Source: Spirochaetia bacterium (GTDB lineage Bacteria; Spirochaetota; Spirochaetia; DSM-16054; Sediminispirochaetaceae). Taken from it: DNA of 64,000 bases. The position numbers were made by a program, and so were the translations under genes. Positions 1 through 10,261 of this stretch are shown piece by piece; within the stretch, counting starts at the first letter, position 1; each line of letters opens with the position of its first letter. The stretch covers positions 192,001 to 256,000 of the forward strand of contig JAXHMY010000003.1 in assembly GCA_034520965.1 (NCBI GenBank), written 5' to 3'. The notes under the pieces are model-generated. The model did not search any database. It saw only the letters and a list, made by a program, of their open reading frames with translations, and was not told where the DNA came from.

Positions 1-1675
1 TAAGTATAACCCTGTAGATCTTCAGCTTCAGGAGCTTCCCAACTTATGGTAGCAGTATTAGATTTTAGATATCCCCCCTCGTCTCTATCCGGCTCCTCAA
101 ATTCAACCGCAGGAGGGGGTGTAGTATCATGAAAAAAACCGACTGTCTCCGGTTCCGACCAGTTCCCGGCATAGTCCCGGGCAATAACGTGAAAGTACCA
201 CCATCCGTCTTTCTCTACCTCAACCTCAGCCCGCCGATTGTCCCGACGAAGAATTTCATAACCCGGTCGGGACGGGCATCAGGGTCTCTATCTATCGAAT
301 AGTTAAACCCGGAAATCCCGGAGGAATCGTCGGGAATATTCCATCCAATTGCATAGTTCTTTTGATTAGAACGCCCTTCAGACCTGAAGTTTTGGGGTAT
401 TACCCTCGGGGCTTCCACACTCTGATCAGGCTCCAGCATAACCACGCGAGAATTCTCGGAAAACTTATTCTCCCATACCACGTTGATTTTATCATTTCGA
501 TAGAAAAACTCCCCGTACATGCTTGATCCCTGCATGATGCTCAGGTCATCGTTCTGCCAGTTACGACCTTGTCGGTATCCAAGAAAGATGCGATTCTCAC
601 CCTTTCTATCGTCAAACCACAGCAGATAGGGATCCTCTTTATCCACAATTACTTGCGGACTGCGACAACTCGCATTACTGCTGTTAACCCTCTCCGCCTC
701 CTCAATAACATCACCTTCAGTATTTAGCAATGCATAATAAATCTGGGGAGCGGTTGTATTTGCAAACTGTCGCTCCCACGCTAAATGGAGGCCGTTCTGA
801 GCAGCCGCAAGATAAGGGCGCTGGTTATTAAAATCATTGACATCCGCGTTGTCAATGCCCAAAGCATCAGTAAAATCTGTAAGCCGGCGAGGTTCCGACC
901 AGGTCACTCCCCCGTCCGCGCTCGAGACTAAATAGAGTTGATAATAACGGCTTTCAGACGGTGAGGCCTGAAAAACAACAAACTCCCGATTTCGATAACT
1001 TGCATGGGAAGGAAGATACACATAGGAAAGATCGGTATCGGAAACTAAAGGACGAAAGTCAGTCCAGTTGCGTCCATTGCCGCTTACCGAATAGTTGATA
1101 CCCAGTGAAGGAGTACCAATACTCCCCTCAGCACCTTCGACTCTAAGCGGCTGGGTAGCAAAGAGCAAAAAACCACCCGACTCTTTGTAAAACAACTTGG
1201 GCGCAACGCTGATCCCCTCGCCCCCTCCATCGCCTAGGGTTGTCAACTGTCGAACCTGCTCTCCGGGCCCTTCCAGTTCATACAGCTCAATTCGGCGGCC
1301 GGAAGAGGCCGTTGCAATCAACACTCGGCCATCCCGATCAATTGCCGTCGAAGCAAAGGGGACCTCATCACCTACAAAATCAAACGGCCCGAGTATCCGT
1401 CGGTGGACATCCCAATCCTCCTGATCAATACTGCGCACCATTAAGGAGACACTCATCTCGTCCGGTTCATCTCCATCGTAAATGAACTCATGCCATAGAA
1501 TTGCGGTAGTACCACCATTCTGATCAACCCTTGGGAAACGCCCACCCTCCGGTATGAGTACTTCGGGCTTCTCCCAATAGAGTTGTTGGGCATTAGCTGT
1601 TGAGGTTGTAATAACCAGGCCAAGCAGGAGTGCAAGTAGGATCTTTCTCAAGTTGTCTCGGTAACTAAATCTCAC
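1..1675 (-). CDS. Exported/membrane protein with BNR/sialidase-like propeller and FN3-like region; frameshifted near 255 and running off the window (probably the N-terminus of a spirochaete HAMP/SpoIIE-type phosphatase)
   Basis: GTG start with GGAG SD, signal peptide, Asp-box-like SADGGVTW. The track ORF stops at 215, but another frame continues EILRRDNRRAEVEVEKDGWWYFHVIARDYAGNWSEP... to base 1. The SpoIIE identity is inferred from recalled synteny only. Confidence 0.6.
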
Positions 1676-1693
1676 ACATCCTCCGGTAGTACA

Positions 1694-4600
1694 CTAAAGT
1701 TGACTCTCTATACGGCGCCGCAGTTCGGCCAGTTTCGTATTACTACGATTCTCCAACTTTTGCCATAATTGGTCCACAATCACACTGGCCTCGAAATACC
1801 GTCCATCGATAAACAAGTTTTCAGCCCTGCGCAACCTCTGCTGATCCACACTCGACAAAACCACCGATACCTGGCCACCCTGTCCTGTCTGAATACGATC
1901 CTTTAATACTATCGCCTCCCGGTAATCAGGATCAAGCTTGATAGCTTCATTCAGATAAGTTATAGCCACCGGAAACTGGGCGCGGACGTCATCTTCAACT
2001 ATCTCCTGAGCCTGGCTATAGAGGTCCCTGGCGCGTGCCAGCTTCTGCGGATCCGGCGGAGGTTGTCTGATGCCGGTGGCTATCTCCGCCTGATAAATTG
2101 CATCGTCAAGCCCAGGATAGTCCGGCTTGATCTCCCGCAGCACCTGCAGTTCCCGATACGCCTCTTCCGGAGCGCTGTCTAAATTTCCACGAGCCTCCCG
2201 GAAACGGCTGCTGAATATAGATTCGAATTCATCCGGTTGAGTATATTCCAAGATTCTCAAATAGAGTACACCGGAGGCCTTATTATTGGGAAAGGGCTCT
2301 TTTATATATTCAATATTCTTCTCTGCAGATGCAAAGGCATCCATCGCAGCGCTGCGCTGTCCTTGGTCATACAATCTTTTCCCTTGCTGAAAATCTTCCT
2401 TCGCCAGATTCAAGATCTGCATCATGTCTACGTACAGCGGGTCGCTTTCTTCTATGGTTATTCCACTGGTAGTTTCCAAGGCCCTTTCAACTCGATCCAG
2501 CCACAAGGCAACCTCCGGATCATCCTCCGGATGGGTTTGTCGCCACCTGGACTGCGCCCGGGTAAGAACCTGTTCTGCTTCAATAAAGTTTTCTTGGAAA
2601 AAGAGTTCTCGGCCGCGGTCTATTAAACTACGCACTTCCCGCACTATGGCCTGGTTCTGTTCAAAGAGAATCTGATCGGCTAATCTCGGTATCTGCTCAT
2701 CTATAATAGCCCTCACCTCCGGATCTTCACGAAAACTCAGCGATTCGGAATACGCATTTCCAGCTTGTTCCAGCTTTTCCCTGGCCAATTCAAAACGCTC
2801 GTTCTCCACCTCAGCTCGGGTCTGCTGCAGTCGAATATCTCCTTCAGAGAGTGCTATATCGGCCTGGCGGTTCAATTCTTCGGCTCTAGCTAAAACCCGG
2901 CTTCCCCGCAGGCCTATTGTATCTATTCTAGTCAGAAGCTCTTGCCCTTCCTGCTGCAAATCAATAATCGGATCCTGCTCTAAAATATATGGTTTTTCCC
3001 CGTTCAACTCTGCCAGAACGGCTTCAATCGTACTGCGGGCGGCGGCTATATCCTCTTGAGCTGAGTTGACCAATTCAATACTGCGGTTTGGAAAACGTAC
3101 CTCAACTTCCCCAGACCCTTCGTATATCACCCGCACTACCCCTTCAGTAAAATCCTCGGCTTCTGCTACCGCCTCTTCAGTTTGAACAAGCAGCTGCCGA
3201 GCAGGGCTGTAGCGAAGCTCCGCAATTCGCTTTACAAAGTTGCCCTCCACCAGCCTAGTACGTGCACTTTCAGCAACATAGTCATTCTGCAGAGCTTCGG
3301 TCACTTCGAGCGCCCGCTCAACACTTACGCCTTCCATCGCATAGCCCTCAAAATCAGTTAAATTCTCCTGAATCTCTTCGCGTGCCGATTGAAAACTATT
3401 CAATAGTTCAAGCAGCTGACCACGGGCTAAGCGTATTTCCTCCACCTGTTCTGCCAACAGACCACCCGTTTCAAGCTGATTCAGCTCAGTAGTGAGCTCT
3501 ATCAGCCGTCTATAGCTTCCTCCGGCATACTCTATAGCCCGTACATACAGCCGGTCTGATTGAGTATCCCTTGGAGCCGGCCCGATTTTACGGGGAACTT
3601 CCAACTCACGCCGCAGGGCGTGCATCTGTTCCCATAATTCAATCACTGGGCCCACCATTTCAACTAGCTGCAAAGGAGTTTCAAACAGCACATCTTCCTG
3701 GGCTCCGAGCTCTCCTGCTTTGAACTGCCCTAGCGCTGATTCAAAACTATCTGTTATTCTATTCTGCAGGGCTTGGTTCATTTCCTGCAGAGACTCCACA
3801 AGTGGCTGTTCAATAGCTCCGGCGATTCCCACCGGCTGCTCGCTTTCAGCTCGCCCGAGTGTAAGAACCCGCAGAGTAGAAAGCAGAGGAATATCGGTCG
3901 TATCTTCCCCTAAAATAGAAAGCCGGATCTGCTCAAGGGCATTTGCGTTTTGTATGATTCCCTCCCATAGTTCAAGCATCTGCTGTTGAGTACTCAATAA
4001 CTGCTCATTTCCTGAAACGGAGGCAGCCTCGGAGACTGTAAAATTACTTTGTGCTTCTACAAACAGGGTATATACATTGGCAAATTGATCCGACAGCCTG
4101 CGTATGTCGTTACGGCGCGAATCGACCTGGTTTTCGATTACACTGCCGTATTCGTCTTCATCAAATAGCTCCTGGTGCAGTGAGAAGCCGGACAGGTATT
4201 CCTCCACTGCGGCAACATAGAGCTCTTGTTCCAAGCGCTCTCCGGCGGTCTGCATAATTCCCTGAAAACGCTGATTGTTAACGGTAAATATTATTGAACG
4301 GCGTGCCTGTGCAAAGGCCTCTACCGCAGCCTTGTTGGGGTCCGCATCAAGCTCTTCAAGACGCTGAATTATATCGTAGGCTTCCTGTTCGTTAAGCGTC
4401 TCCCCTTCCTGCACATCAAGAACCTCAATCAATTCAGCGTAGGTCTCATTATAAAGCTCACGGGCCTGCCGAACCTCTTGCAAGAGTTTTTCCGCCTCGT
4501 CAAATTTGCGAGGGTTCTCTTTCATAACCTGGGTTAAGAGTAAAATTGCATCATTATAGCGGTTCTCTTCGATTAAGCTGCGTGCATCTTCAAGACGGTC

Positions 4601-4699
4601 CTCTTGCTGGCCCCGCGCACCCACCTCTAACGTTGTGCTGAAAAACAGCATTAGAAGGAGTAAAATTGGAAATGCGAGGCTCCGCCTAGTTAAAACCAC
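1694..4699 (-). CDS. Large exported TPR/helical-repeat protein (spirochaete conserved hypothetical)
   Basis: 1001-aa ORF with signal peptide (..VGA-RGQQE) and TPR-like helices throughout. Confidence 0.75.
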   Translation of the reverse strand: MVLTRRSLAFPILLLLMLFFSTTLEVGARGQQEDRLEDARSLIEENRYNDAILLLTQVMKENPRKFDEAEKLLQEVRQARELYNETYAELIEVLDVQEGETLNEQEAYDIIQRLEELDADPNKAAVEAFAQARRSIIFTVNNQRFQGIMQTAGERLEQELYVAAVEEYLSGFSLHQELFDEDEYGSVIENQVDSRRNDIRRLSDQFANVYTLFVEAQSNFTVSEAASVSGNEQLLSTQQQMLELWEGIIQNANALEQIRLSILGEDTTDIPLLSTLRVLTLGRAESEQPVGIAGAIEQPLVESLQEMNQALQNRITDSFESALGQFKAGELGAQEDVLFETPLQLVEMVGPVIELWEQMHALRRELEVPRKIGPAPRDTQSDRLYVRAIEYAGGSYRRLIELTTELNQLETGGLLAEQVEEIRLARGQLLELLNSFQSAREEIQENLTDFEGYAMEGVSVERALEVTEALQNDYVAESARTRLVEGNFVKRIAELRYSPARQLLVQTEEAVAEAEDFTEGVVRVIYEGSGEVEVRFPNRSIELVNSAQEDIAAARSTIEAVLAELNGEKPYILEQDPIIDLQQEGQELLTRIDTIGLRGSRVLARAEELNRQADIALSEGDIRLQQTRAEVENERFELAREKLEQAGNAYSESLSFREDPEVRAIIDEQIPRLADQILFEQNQAIVREVRSLIDRGRELFFQENFIEAEQVLTRAQSRWRQTHPEDDPEVALWLDRVERALETTSGITIEESDPLYVDMMQILNLAKEDFQQGKRLYDQGQRSAAMDAFASAEKNIEYIKEPFPNNKASGVLYLRILEYTQPDEFESIFSSRFREARGNLDSAPEEAYRELQVLREIKPDYPGLDDAIYQAEIATGIRQPPPDPQKLARARDLYSQAQEIVEDDVRAQFPVAITYLNEAIKLDPDYREAIVLKDRIQTGQGGQVSVVLSSVDQQRLRRAENLFIDGRYFEASVIVDQLWQKLENRSNTKLAELRRRIESQL

Positions 4700-4725
4700 G
4701 TTGTTACTTACCTACTCTATCACAT

Positions 4726-4752
4726 TTATCGACAAAAAGAATCTTTGTGCTA
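4726..4752 (-). promoter_or_regulatory. Possible sigma28 (FliA)-type promoter
   Basis: Minus strand TAGC-N15-GTCGATAA upstream of the 4699 start; -10 is good, -35 is weak. Confidence 0.3.
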
Positions 4753-4811
4753 AATTTGTATCTATATCTTTACGAGAGTAGAAAAAAGAGCAAAATGAGT
4801 GTATATTATTA

Positions 4812-6056
4812 ATGAAGATGAAACACTTATGGTTTTTTAGTATTATTATTATTTTCCTCCCGGTATCAATATACGCCGCTGATCTGTCCGATTTCTACTA
4901 CGGTTACAGCGGTTTTGCAGAGAATTCACTGTTCTCTGACCCTAACACCGGACGCACACTTTTTCCAACTCTTTTAGTGCCTATGGGGGGAATGTACGAA
5001 GGGATGGGTACTGCATACACCGCGGTTGCCGAGGGTTCCGGGTTTTTAGAGGCCAACCCGGCAGGTAGCTCACAGCTTGCCTACACCGAACTTTCCTTTC
5101 ACCATAATAACTGGATCGCCGACTCCAGCCTCGAGGGAGTAGTATACACCATTCGCAACGGTAATTTCGGTATGGGTTTTGGTGGAAAATTCTTATACCT
5201 TCCTTTCACTGAATTTAACAGCTGGGGTGAACGGGATTCCCGCGGGTATGTGTCCGAGACTATCGCCACGTTCAACGCTTCTTATAATTTTCTTTCAAGC
5301 TACTATTTCCACGGCATTTCCGTCGGAACAAACCTCAAGCTTGCCTACCGCCACATCCCGGCATCCATCTATCCGGGGCAGTCAATTGCAACCGGTTTAG
5401 CAGATATAGGCGCACTTACCCGTTTCAACTTTCTCAAATTCTACTCATCCCGCGACAGGAATTTTTCCTTGGGAACTGTGGTTAAAAATCTTGGCCTGCC
5501 TTACGATGATGAACCTATGCCCACTGTTGCAGTTGCCGGTTTTGCGTATTCTCCGTTTCGTCCTCTGCTGTTGTCCTTTGATTTTAATTATCCCATTGCC
5601 CTAGGCCTTCCTCCGGATCAATGGGAAAAGTGGTATATTGCAAGCGGACTGAAGCTTCAGTTTACCAACTTTTTTGCTGTCCATACCGGGTTTACCCATC
5701 GAGGGGCAAATCCGCGGTTTAGCCTAGGCAGCAATATAGATTTGGACTATATGGATCTTATACTCAACTATACCCTCGACCTGACTACCCAGGTCAGTAG
5801 TGCAGACCGGTTTAGCATTGAAGCCAAAATGAATTTGGGCGACCGCGGGCGGGCTGAGATGCGTCAACAGATTGATGAATATTATATCGAGGGGCTTGAA
5901 GCCTATGCCCAGGGCGAATTAAAACGGGCTATCGATTATTGGGAGGCAGCCCTGGACCTCGACCCCACTTTTGTGCCTGCCACTGAAAACATGGTAGTAG
6001 CACGTAATTCACTCCGCCTGCAAGAGGATATGGAATCGCTCAGTAAAGTTGAATAA
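4812..6056 (+). CDS. UPF0164 family FadL/PorV-like outer-membrane beta-barrel with C-terminal TPR
   Basis: Signal peptide, GG.YEGMGTAYTAV...NPAGS motif, alternating beta strands, C-terminal TPR (YYIEGLEAYAQGELKRAIDYWEAAL). Confidence 0.8.
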   Translation: MKMKHLWFFSIIIIFLPVSIYAADLSDFYYGYSGFAENSLFSDPNTGRTLFPTLLVPMGGMYEGMGTAYTAVAEGSGFLEANPAGSSQLAYTELSFHHNNWIADSSLEGVVYTIRNGNFGMGFGGKFLYLPFTEFNSWGERDSRGYVSETIATFNASYNFLSSYYFHGISVGTNLKLAYRHIPASIYPGQSIATGLADIGALTRFNFLKFYSSRDRNFSLGTVVKNLGLPYDDEPMPTVAVAGFAYSPFRPLLLSFDFNYPIALGLPPDQWEKWYIASGLKLQFTNFFAVHTGFTHRGANPRFSLGSNIDLDYMDLILNYTLDLTTQVSSADRFSIEAKMNLGDRGRAEMRQQIDEYYIEGLEAYAQGELKRAIDYWEAALDLDPTFVPATENMVVARNSLRLQEDMESLSKVE

Positions 6057-6067
6057 GAGTTTCGCAT

Positions 6068-6210
6068 CAGCAATTCTAAATTTGAAAATTTTTTTAAACT
6101 TTTCAAATTCTAGAATGCTCACATTTTGTTTAAGATAAGTAACTTAGCTTAAAGGGTTTGAGGTTATTCTAATTTTGGAAGTCAAAAGTCTTCCAAAATT
6201 AGAATTCCTG
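6068..6210 (+). mobile_element. MITE copy 1 (143 bp, three internal hairpins)
   Basis: Ends CAGCAATTC...GAATTCCTG; flanked by direct repeat GTTTCGCAT at 6059-6067 and 6211-6219; ~82% identical (hand alignment) to the reverse complement of 14446-14587. Confidence 0.9.
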
Positions 6211-6275
6211 GTTTCGCATGCCGCATAGCGGCAACCGAAACGACGAAAATAGCCGGCTACGGCTATTTTCTTAAG
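6211..6275. repeat. Two-hairpin repeat family B, copy 1 (target of the MITE; may also act as a bidirectional terminator)
   Basis: GTTTCG..GCCGC-ATA-GCGGC..CGAAAC then GAAAATAGCCG-GCTA-CGGCTATTTTC; homolog at 56416-56472. Confidence 0.75.
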
Positions 6276-6286
6276 AGACTCCGGCT

Positions 6287-7071
6287 TTAATGCACATGAA
6301 CCCGTCGTTTTAAGCTCCGATACGTTGCTAACAGGGATAAGTCAATTTTTCCACGATCAACCTGGGCTTTCAAACTTCCAAAACGACGAGGGATTCCTTC
6401 ACCAATCGCATAGCGGTCCATCAACTTTTCTTGCCTGCGATACACCTTGCTTGAAAAACGTTTTTCCAGATACCCAATCAGCTTCTGAGCATCTTTTATT
6501 TCCTCATCTGAGAAAGAAGCGGTATCCGGAAGATACATAGATTCCAGCAGTTTATCTCGACTTACAGATTCATAGCGGTGCAGTATATCCTCTACCTCTT
6601 GTACAAGTGCATCTTCCTGAAACTCAATATGATCCACTTTCCACCGCAGTTTTTTCCGCAGCTCCTCGGCTTGGGGCAAAGCATGCGATTTTCGGAGACG
6701 GTAAAAGTATAGGCCCACCGACGAAGCCGCGGCTATCAATAGTTCATCGACCATAGGAAGTGGATCGCGCACAGCAAAGGTAAACAAAAAATAGATTACT
6801 AGAAAGCCGGAAGATGCCCACAGGAAATTCGGAATAAACTTTTTGTCTTGAATCCAGCTTTTACAGCTGTTTCTACCGCCTGATACAACTGGCTGCGAAA
6901 CAGGGTTATAGACTCAACATCCGGTTCCTGGCCGTACTTCCCGTATATCTGAGTATTTTCATCGACAGCCAGAAAAACATTGGGTTCATCGAAGGGATGC
7001 AGAAACAAAGCTGTCCCGTCTTTGCGAAAGAGATGAAAAATAGTGATCGACTGTTCACCTTTCATCTTCAT
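6287..7071 (-). CDS. Hypothetical membrane protein, split by a 1-base frameshift at ~6860
   Basis: Adding one A to GTAAAAGC joins the 90-aa and 166-aa ORFs (...AVKSWIQDKKFIPNFLWASSGFLVIYFLFTFAVRDPLPMVDE...); starts 10 bp after the dnaE2 stop. Confidence 0.7.
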
Positions 7072-7080
7072 ATCATTTAC

Positions 7081-10000
7081 CTACCTTATGAGAGCTTTAG
7101 CCTGACGGGTAAGCGGAAAGAGGCGGGCAACATTCATCTGCAGACTCCCCCACTCGTATTCAATTTTCCCTTCCAGCAGAAAAGCAACTCCAGTTTCAAG
7201 CTGCTCCACCATCCGTCTGTATACTGTCGGAAACAAAACGGTTTCAAACACCCCGTGCTGGTCCTCAAAGGACACAAAACTCATCGTCTGCTGTGTAGTG
7301 GTTCGGATTTCCTTCTCCGCCACTAAGAATCCGGCGATGCGTATAGTTATACCACAATACTCTGCTATTGTCTGCGAGTCCACCAGCGGCGGTGCATCCG
7401 GGTGCACATAATGGGCAACTCGCGGCAGAAAAACTTCCAACGGATGCCGGCTGAAGATAAGACCGGAAGATTGATATTCATCCCGCAGCTTGCGGGCGGC
7501 TGGGTAATCTTTAATACACCCCGGTACAGCCGGCGATTCAAATAAACCCTCGGTATCCTCAAAATGCGAGTAGATCCAAAACAGCTGCGGACGGGTATAG
7601 CCGTCCGCAATGGAGTCTAAAGCTCCAATCTGCACCAAAGCACGGAACGAGGCAATATCCGGATCGATTCGGCGGATAAAATCGACAACGCTTTTGAACC
7701 GCAGTCCTTGCGGCTGCGCCTGCCGTTGAGGCTGAGAAATAATGCGCTTCATGACCTCCTCAGAAAGGCCCCGCAGCTGTCGCAGTCCTATCCGAAGCCC
7801 CTTCCGCCGCCCATGGGAGGGTCTCACAAACTCAATTCTATACTCTATACTGCTTTGGTTTACATCCGGTCCAAGAATGGGATACCCCAGGCGCCGAACT
7901 GCATTCAGGTACACTTGGCGTGCATAAAAACCACCTCCATTGTTTATTACGGCGGTATAGAACTCAAGCGGAAAAAAGCGCTTCATCCAGGCCAGACGAT
8001 ACGAGAGCAGCGCATAGGAGGCGCTGTGGGCTTTACAGAAAGAGTACCCGTCAAAGGAAAGAACGGCATCCCATAACTCATGCAGGACCGCCTCCGAAAA
8101 GCCCCTACGCCTTCCTCCACTGATAAACTCTTCGTGAAAAACCTCAAGTTTTTCGGCACGGTTCTTTTTAGAAAGGACCTTACGCATACCATCCGCACGG
8201 GCGGCATCAAAGCCGGCTACTGCAATTGCAATCCGCGAGACATCCTCCTGGTACACCATAATTCCGTAGGTTTCGTCCAATGCAGCCCCGGCGGGATCCG
8301 GCAGCCGGCGGTATGCCCCGCCCCGCAAACGGAGGACAAACTCATTAATGTAGCGGTTGGCCGCCGGCCGGATGATTGAACTGGCGATAACCAGATGCTC
8401 GTAATCCCCCCTGCCCATCTTTTTCAGCAGCTGGCGGGTAGCCGGTGACTCCACATAGAAAACCCCCAGGGTATCTCCCTCGGCAATCATATTGCGGGTA
8501 GCCCGGTTATTTAAAGGGGAAAAACTCTCCCAGTCGATCGAAGTGTCATACCGGGTATTCACCAGATTGATGGAATCGCGCAGAACACCCAATGAGCGGT
8601 TACCCAACAAGTCAATCTTTACCAAACCGGCGTCCTCCGCCGCGTCCTTCTCCCATGCCATAACCGGCCAGCCCAGGGGAGATGTCTGTACATGGGTATA
8701 GTTGGTAATCGGCCCCGGGGTAATAACTACACCACCGGGATGGGTGCCGAGATTACGGGGCATCCCGAACAAGCGGGGAACCACCTGCTGCAGCTCTCCG
8801 GGCAAGTCGGCAGTACGTCCCCGCCGCCATAAGCCTGTCAGGCGGTCCAATTGCTCCTTTTCATACCCCATCACCCGGGCGGGCTCACGAATTGCCGAGC
8901 GGAAAGCAAAGGTTATATGGTCGGCTACCATGGCCGCCGAACCGGCGTAAGACGCAAACACGTATTTTAAGGTCTCCTCCCGTTCATCCCAGGGAAAGTC
9001 GACATCGATATCCGGCGGATCGCTGCGCCCCATATTAAGAAAGCGCTCGAAAAACAGGTTATAGCGAAGCGGGTCGACATGGGTAATGCCCAGCAAAAAT
9101 GCTACGATGCTGGCCGCAGAACTCCCCCGCCCACAGGTACGGGGAACCCGTTGTACAATATCGTGGACCACCAAAAAATAGGTGGAAAAGCCTTTGTACC
9201 GTATAATGCCAAGTTCGTACTCCAGGCGTTTGAGCACCTTCTGCATAAGCGGCTGCTGGCCCTCGCCGGTGCCGTACCGACGCCGTATGCCCTCCGTACA
9301 CAGTGCCCGAAGCCGCTGGAAGGCATCAGCCTCCGAAAGTTCACCGAAAGCGGGAAAAATAAAGCTTTCCGGAAGCCGGTAAGCCTCCGCCAGCCGGGAA
9401 AAGTCTTCGGCCGCCTGCAGGGCCTCGGGTACTGCGGAAAAAAACCGATGCATCTCGGTCTGTCCCGCAAAACGCTGTACTGCTGTAAGCCCGCCGTTAG
9501 GCGGAACTGATTCTACCAGCTGATTACGACCGATAGCTCGTACGATACGATAAAAATGTAGGTCCCCGTTCTCAAGGTACACTGCATCGTTATAAGCCAG
9601 CAATTTGATTCCCCGCACCAGGGCCCAGCGCCGGAGTTCTGAAAACGGCCGGCCGTACAGCAGTCCGGCATACAAACCGACACTAGTCCGCTGCTGCAAA
9701 CGCTCCAGTACCCGGATGTGCGGGCTCACCACCCAAAGCCCCTGCCACCCCTCTTCTATAAGATCAGTAATTGGGTCATACCGAACCTCCGTACCTCTGC
9801 CATTGCGGTTTTGCGCATCGATGTGGCGGCTGAGAATTACATTCGCCCTGGCGAAACCGGAGGAATTGAGACAAAGAAGGCTGCACAGATAGTTTTCTTG
9901 ATCATAGATGGCCGTACTGTAAAGCGCCTTGAGCCCCCGCCGTCGGGCTGCCGCCGCAAAGCGGATAAGGCCGTAAAAGCCGTTTATATCGGCTATACCA

Positions 10001-10119
10001 ACCGCCTGGGCCGACTGAGATACCGCGACTTCGACCACTTGCTCGGGCGAGAGAACTCCCCTCAACAGTGAATAGTGGGTTCTGCAATGAATTGATGTAT
10101 AAGGCTCTGTGCTTTCCAT
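7081..10119 (-). CDS. dnaE2: DNA polymerase III alpha subunit, secondary/error-prone DnaE2 type
   Basis: PHP N-terminus, GRGSSAAS, PDIDVDF, KIDLLG, YSFCKAHSASY, C-terminal OB fold; 1012 aa with no tau-binding tail evident. Confidence 0.8.
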   Translation of the reverse strand: MESTEPYTSIHCRTHYSLLRGVLSPEQVVEVAVSQSAQAVGIADINGFYGLIRFAAAARRRGLKALYSTAIYDQENYLCSLLCLNSSGFARANVILSRHIDAQNRNGRGTEVRYDPITDLIEEGWQGLWVVSPHIRVLERLQQRTSVGLYAGLLYGRPFSELRRWALVRGIKLLAYNDAVYLENGDLHFYRIVRAIGRNQLVESVPPNGGLTAVQRFAGQTEMHRFFSAVPEALQAAEDFSRLAEAYRLPESFIFPAFGELSEADAFQRLRALCTEGIRRRYGTGEGQQPLMQKVLKRLEYELGIIRYKGFSTYFLVVHDIVQRVPRTCGRGSSAASIVAFLLGITHVDPLRYNLFFERFLNMGRSDPPDIDVDFPWDEREETLKYVFASYAGSAAMVADHITFAFRSAIREPARVMGYEKEQLDRLTGLWRRGRTADLPGELQQVVPRLFGMPRNLGTHPGGVVITPGPITNYTHVQTSPLGWPVMAWEKDAAEDAGLVKIDLLGNRSLGVLRDSINLVNTRYDTSIDWESFSPLNNRATRNMIAEGDTLGVFYVESPATRQLLKKMGRGDYEHLVIASSIIRPAANRYINEFVLRLRGGAYRRLPDPAGAALDETYGIMVYQEDVSRIAIAVAGFDAARADGMRKVLSKKNRAEKLEVFHEEFISGGRRRGFSEAVLHELWDAVLSFDGYSFCKAHSASYALLSYRLAWMKRFFPLEFYTAVINNGGGFYARQVYLNAVRRLGYPILGPDVNQSSIEYRIEFVRPSHGRRKGLRIGLRQLRGLSEEVMKRIISQPQRQAQPQGLRFKSVVDFIRRIDPDIASFRALVQIGALDSIADGYTRPQLFWIYSHFEDTEGLFESPAVPGCIKDYPAARKLRDEYQSSGLIFSRHPLEVFLPRVAHYVHPDAPPLVDSQTIAEYCGITIRIAGFLVAEKEIRTTTQQTMSFVSFEDQHGVFETVLFPTVYRRMVEQLETGVAFLLEGKIEYEWGSLQMNVARLFPLTRQAKALIR

Positions 10120-10124
10120 AACTA

Positions 10125-10140
10125 CTTAACATATGTTTAG
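10125..10140. promoter_or_regulatory. Candidate operator (SOS-box-like palindrome) at the dnaE2 start
   Basis: CTTAACATATGTTTAG, a 16-bp palindrome with one mismatched pair, 5 bp upstream of the ATG. Confidence 0.45.
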
Positions 10141-10180
10141 CATTAATACCGGAAAAGCACAATTCTTTTTAAAAAGAGCC

Positions 10181-10231
10181 AAAAAAGCCGGGCTATCCGG
10201 GACCTGGAAATCCAGAACCCGGAAACCCGGC
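10181..10231 (-). terminator. Intrinsic terminator downstream of ilvD
   Basis: Nested stem GCCGGG..TCCGGG..CTGGA/TCCAG..CCCGGA..CCCGGC followed by a T6 tract on the minus strand. Confidence 0.7.
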
Positions 10232-10261
10232 GTCTTTTATTTGACCTAGACTAACCTGCTA

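Noticed and set aside
6068..6275. CRISPR array or tRNA in the palindrome-rich intergenic regions
   Set aside because: No regularly spaced direct repeats with unique spacers, no cas genes, no cloverleaf with a T-loop consensus.
6211..6275. Hammerhead ribozyme (GAAAC motif)
   Set aside because: No CUGANGA core on either strand.
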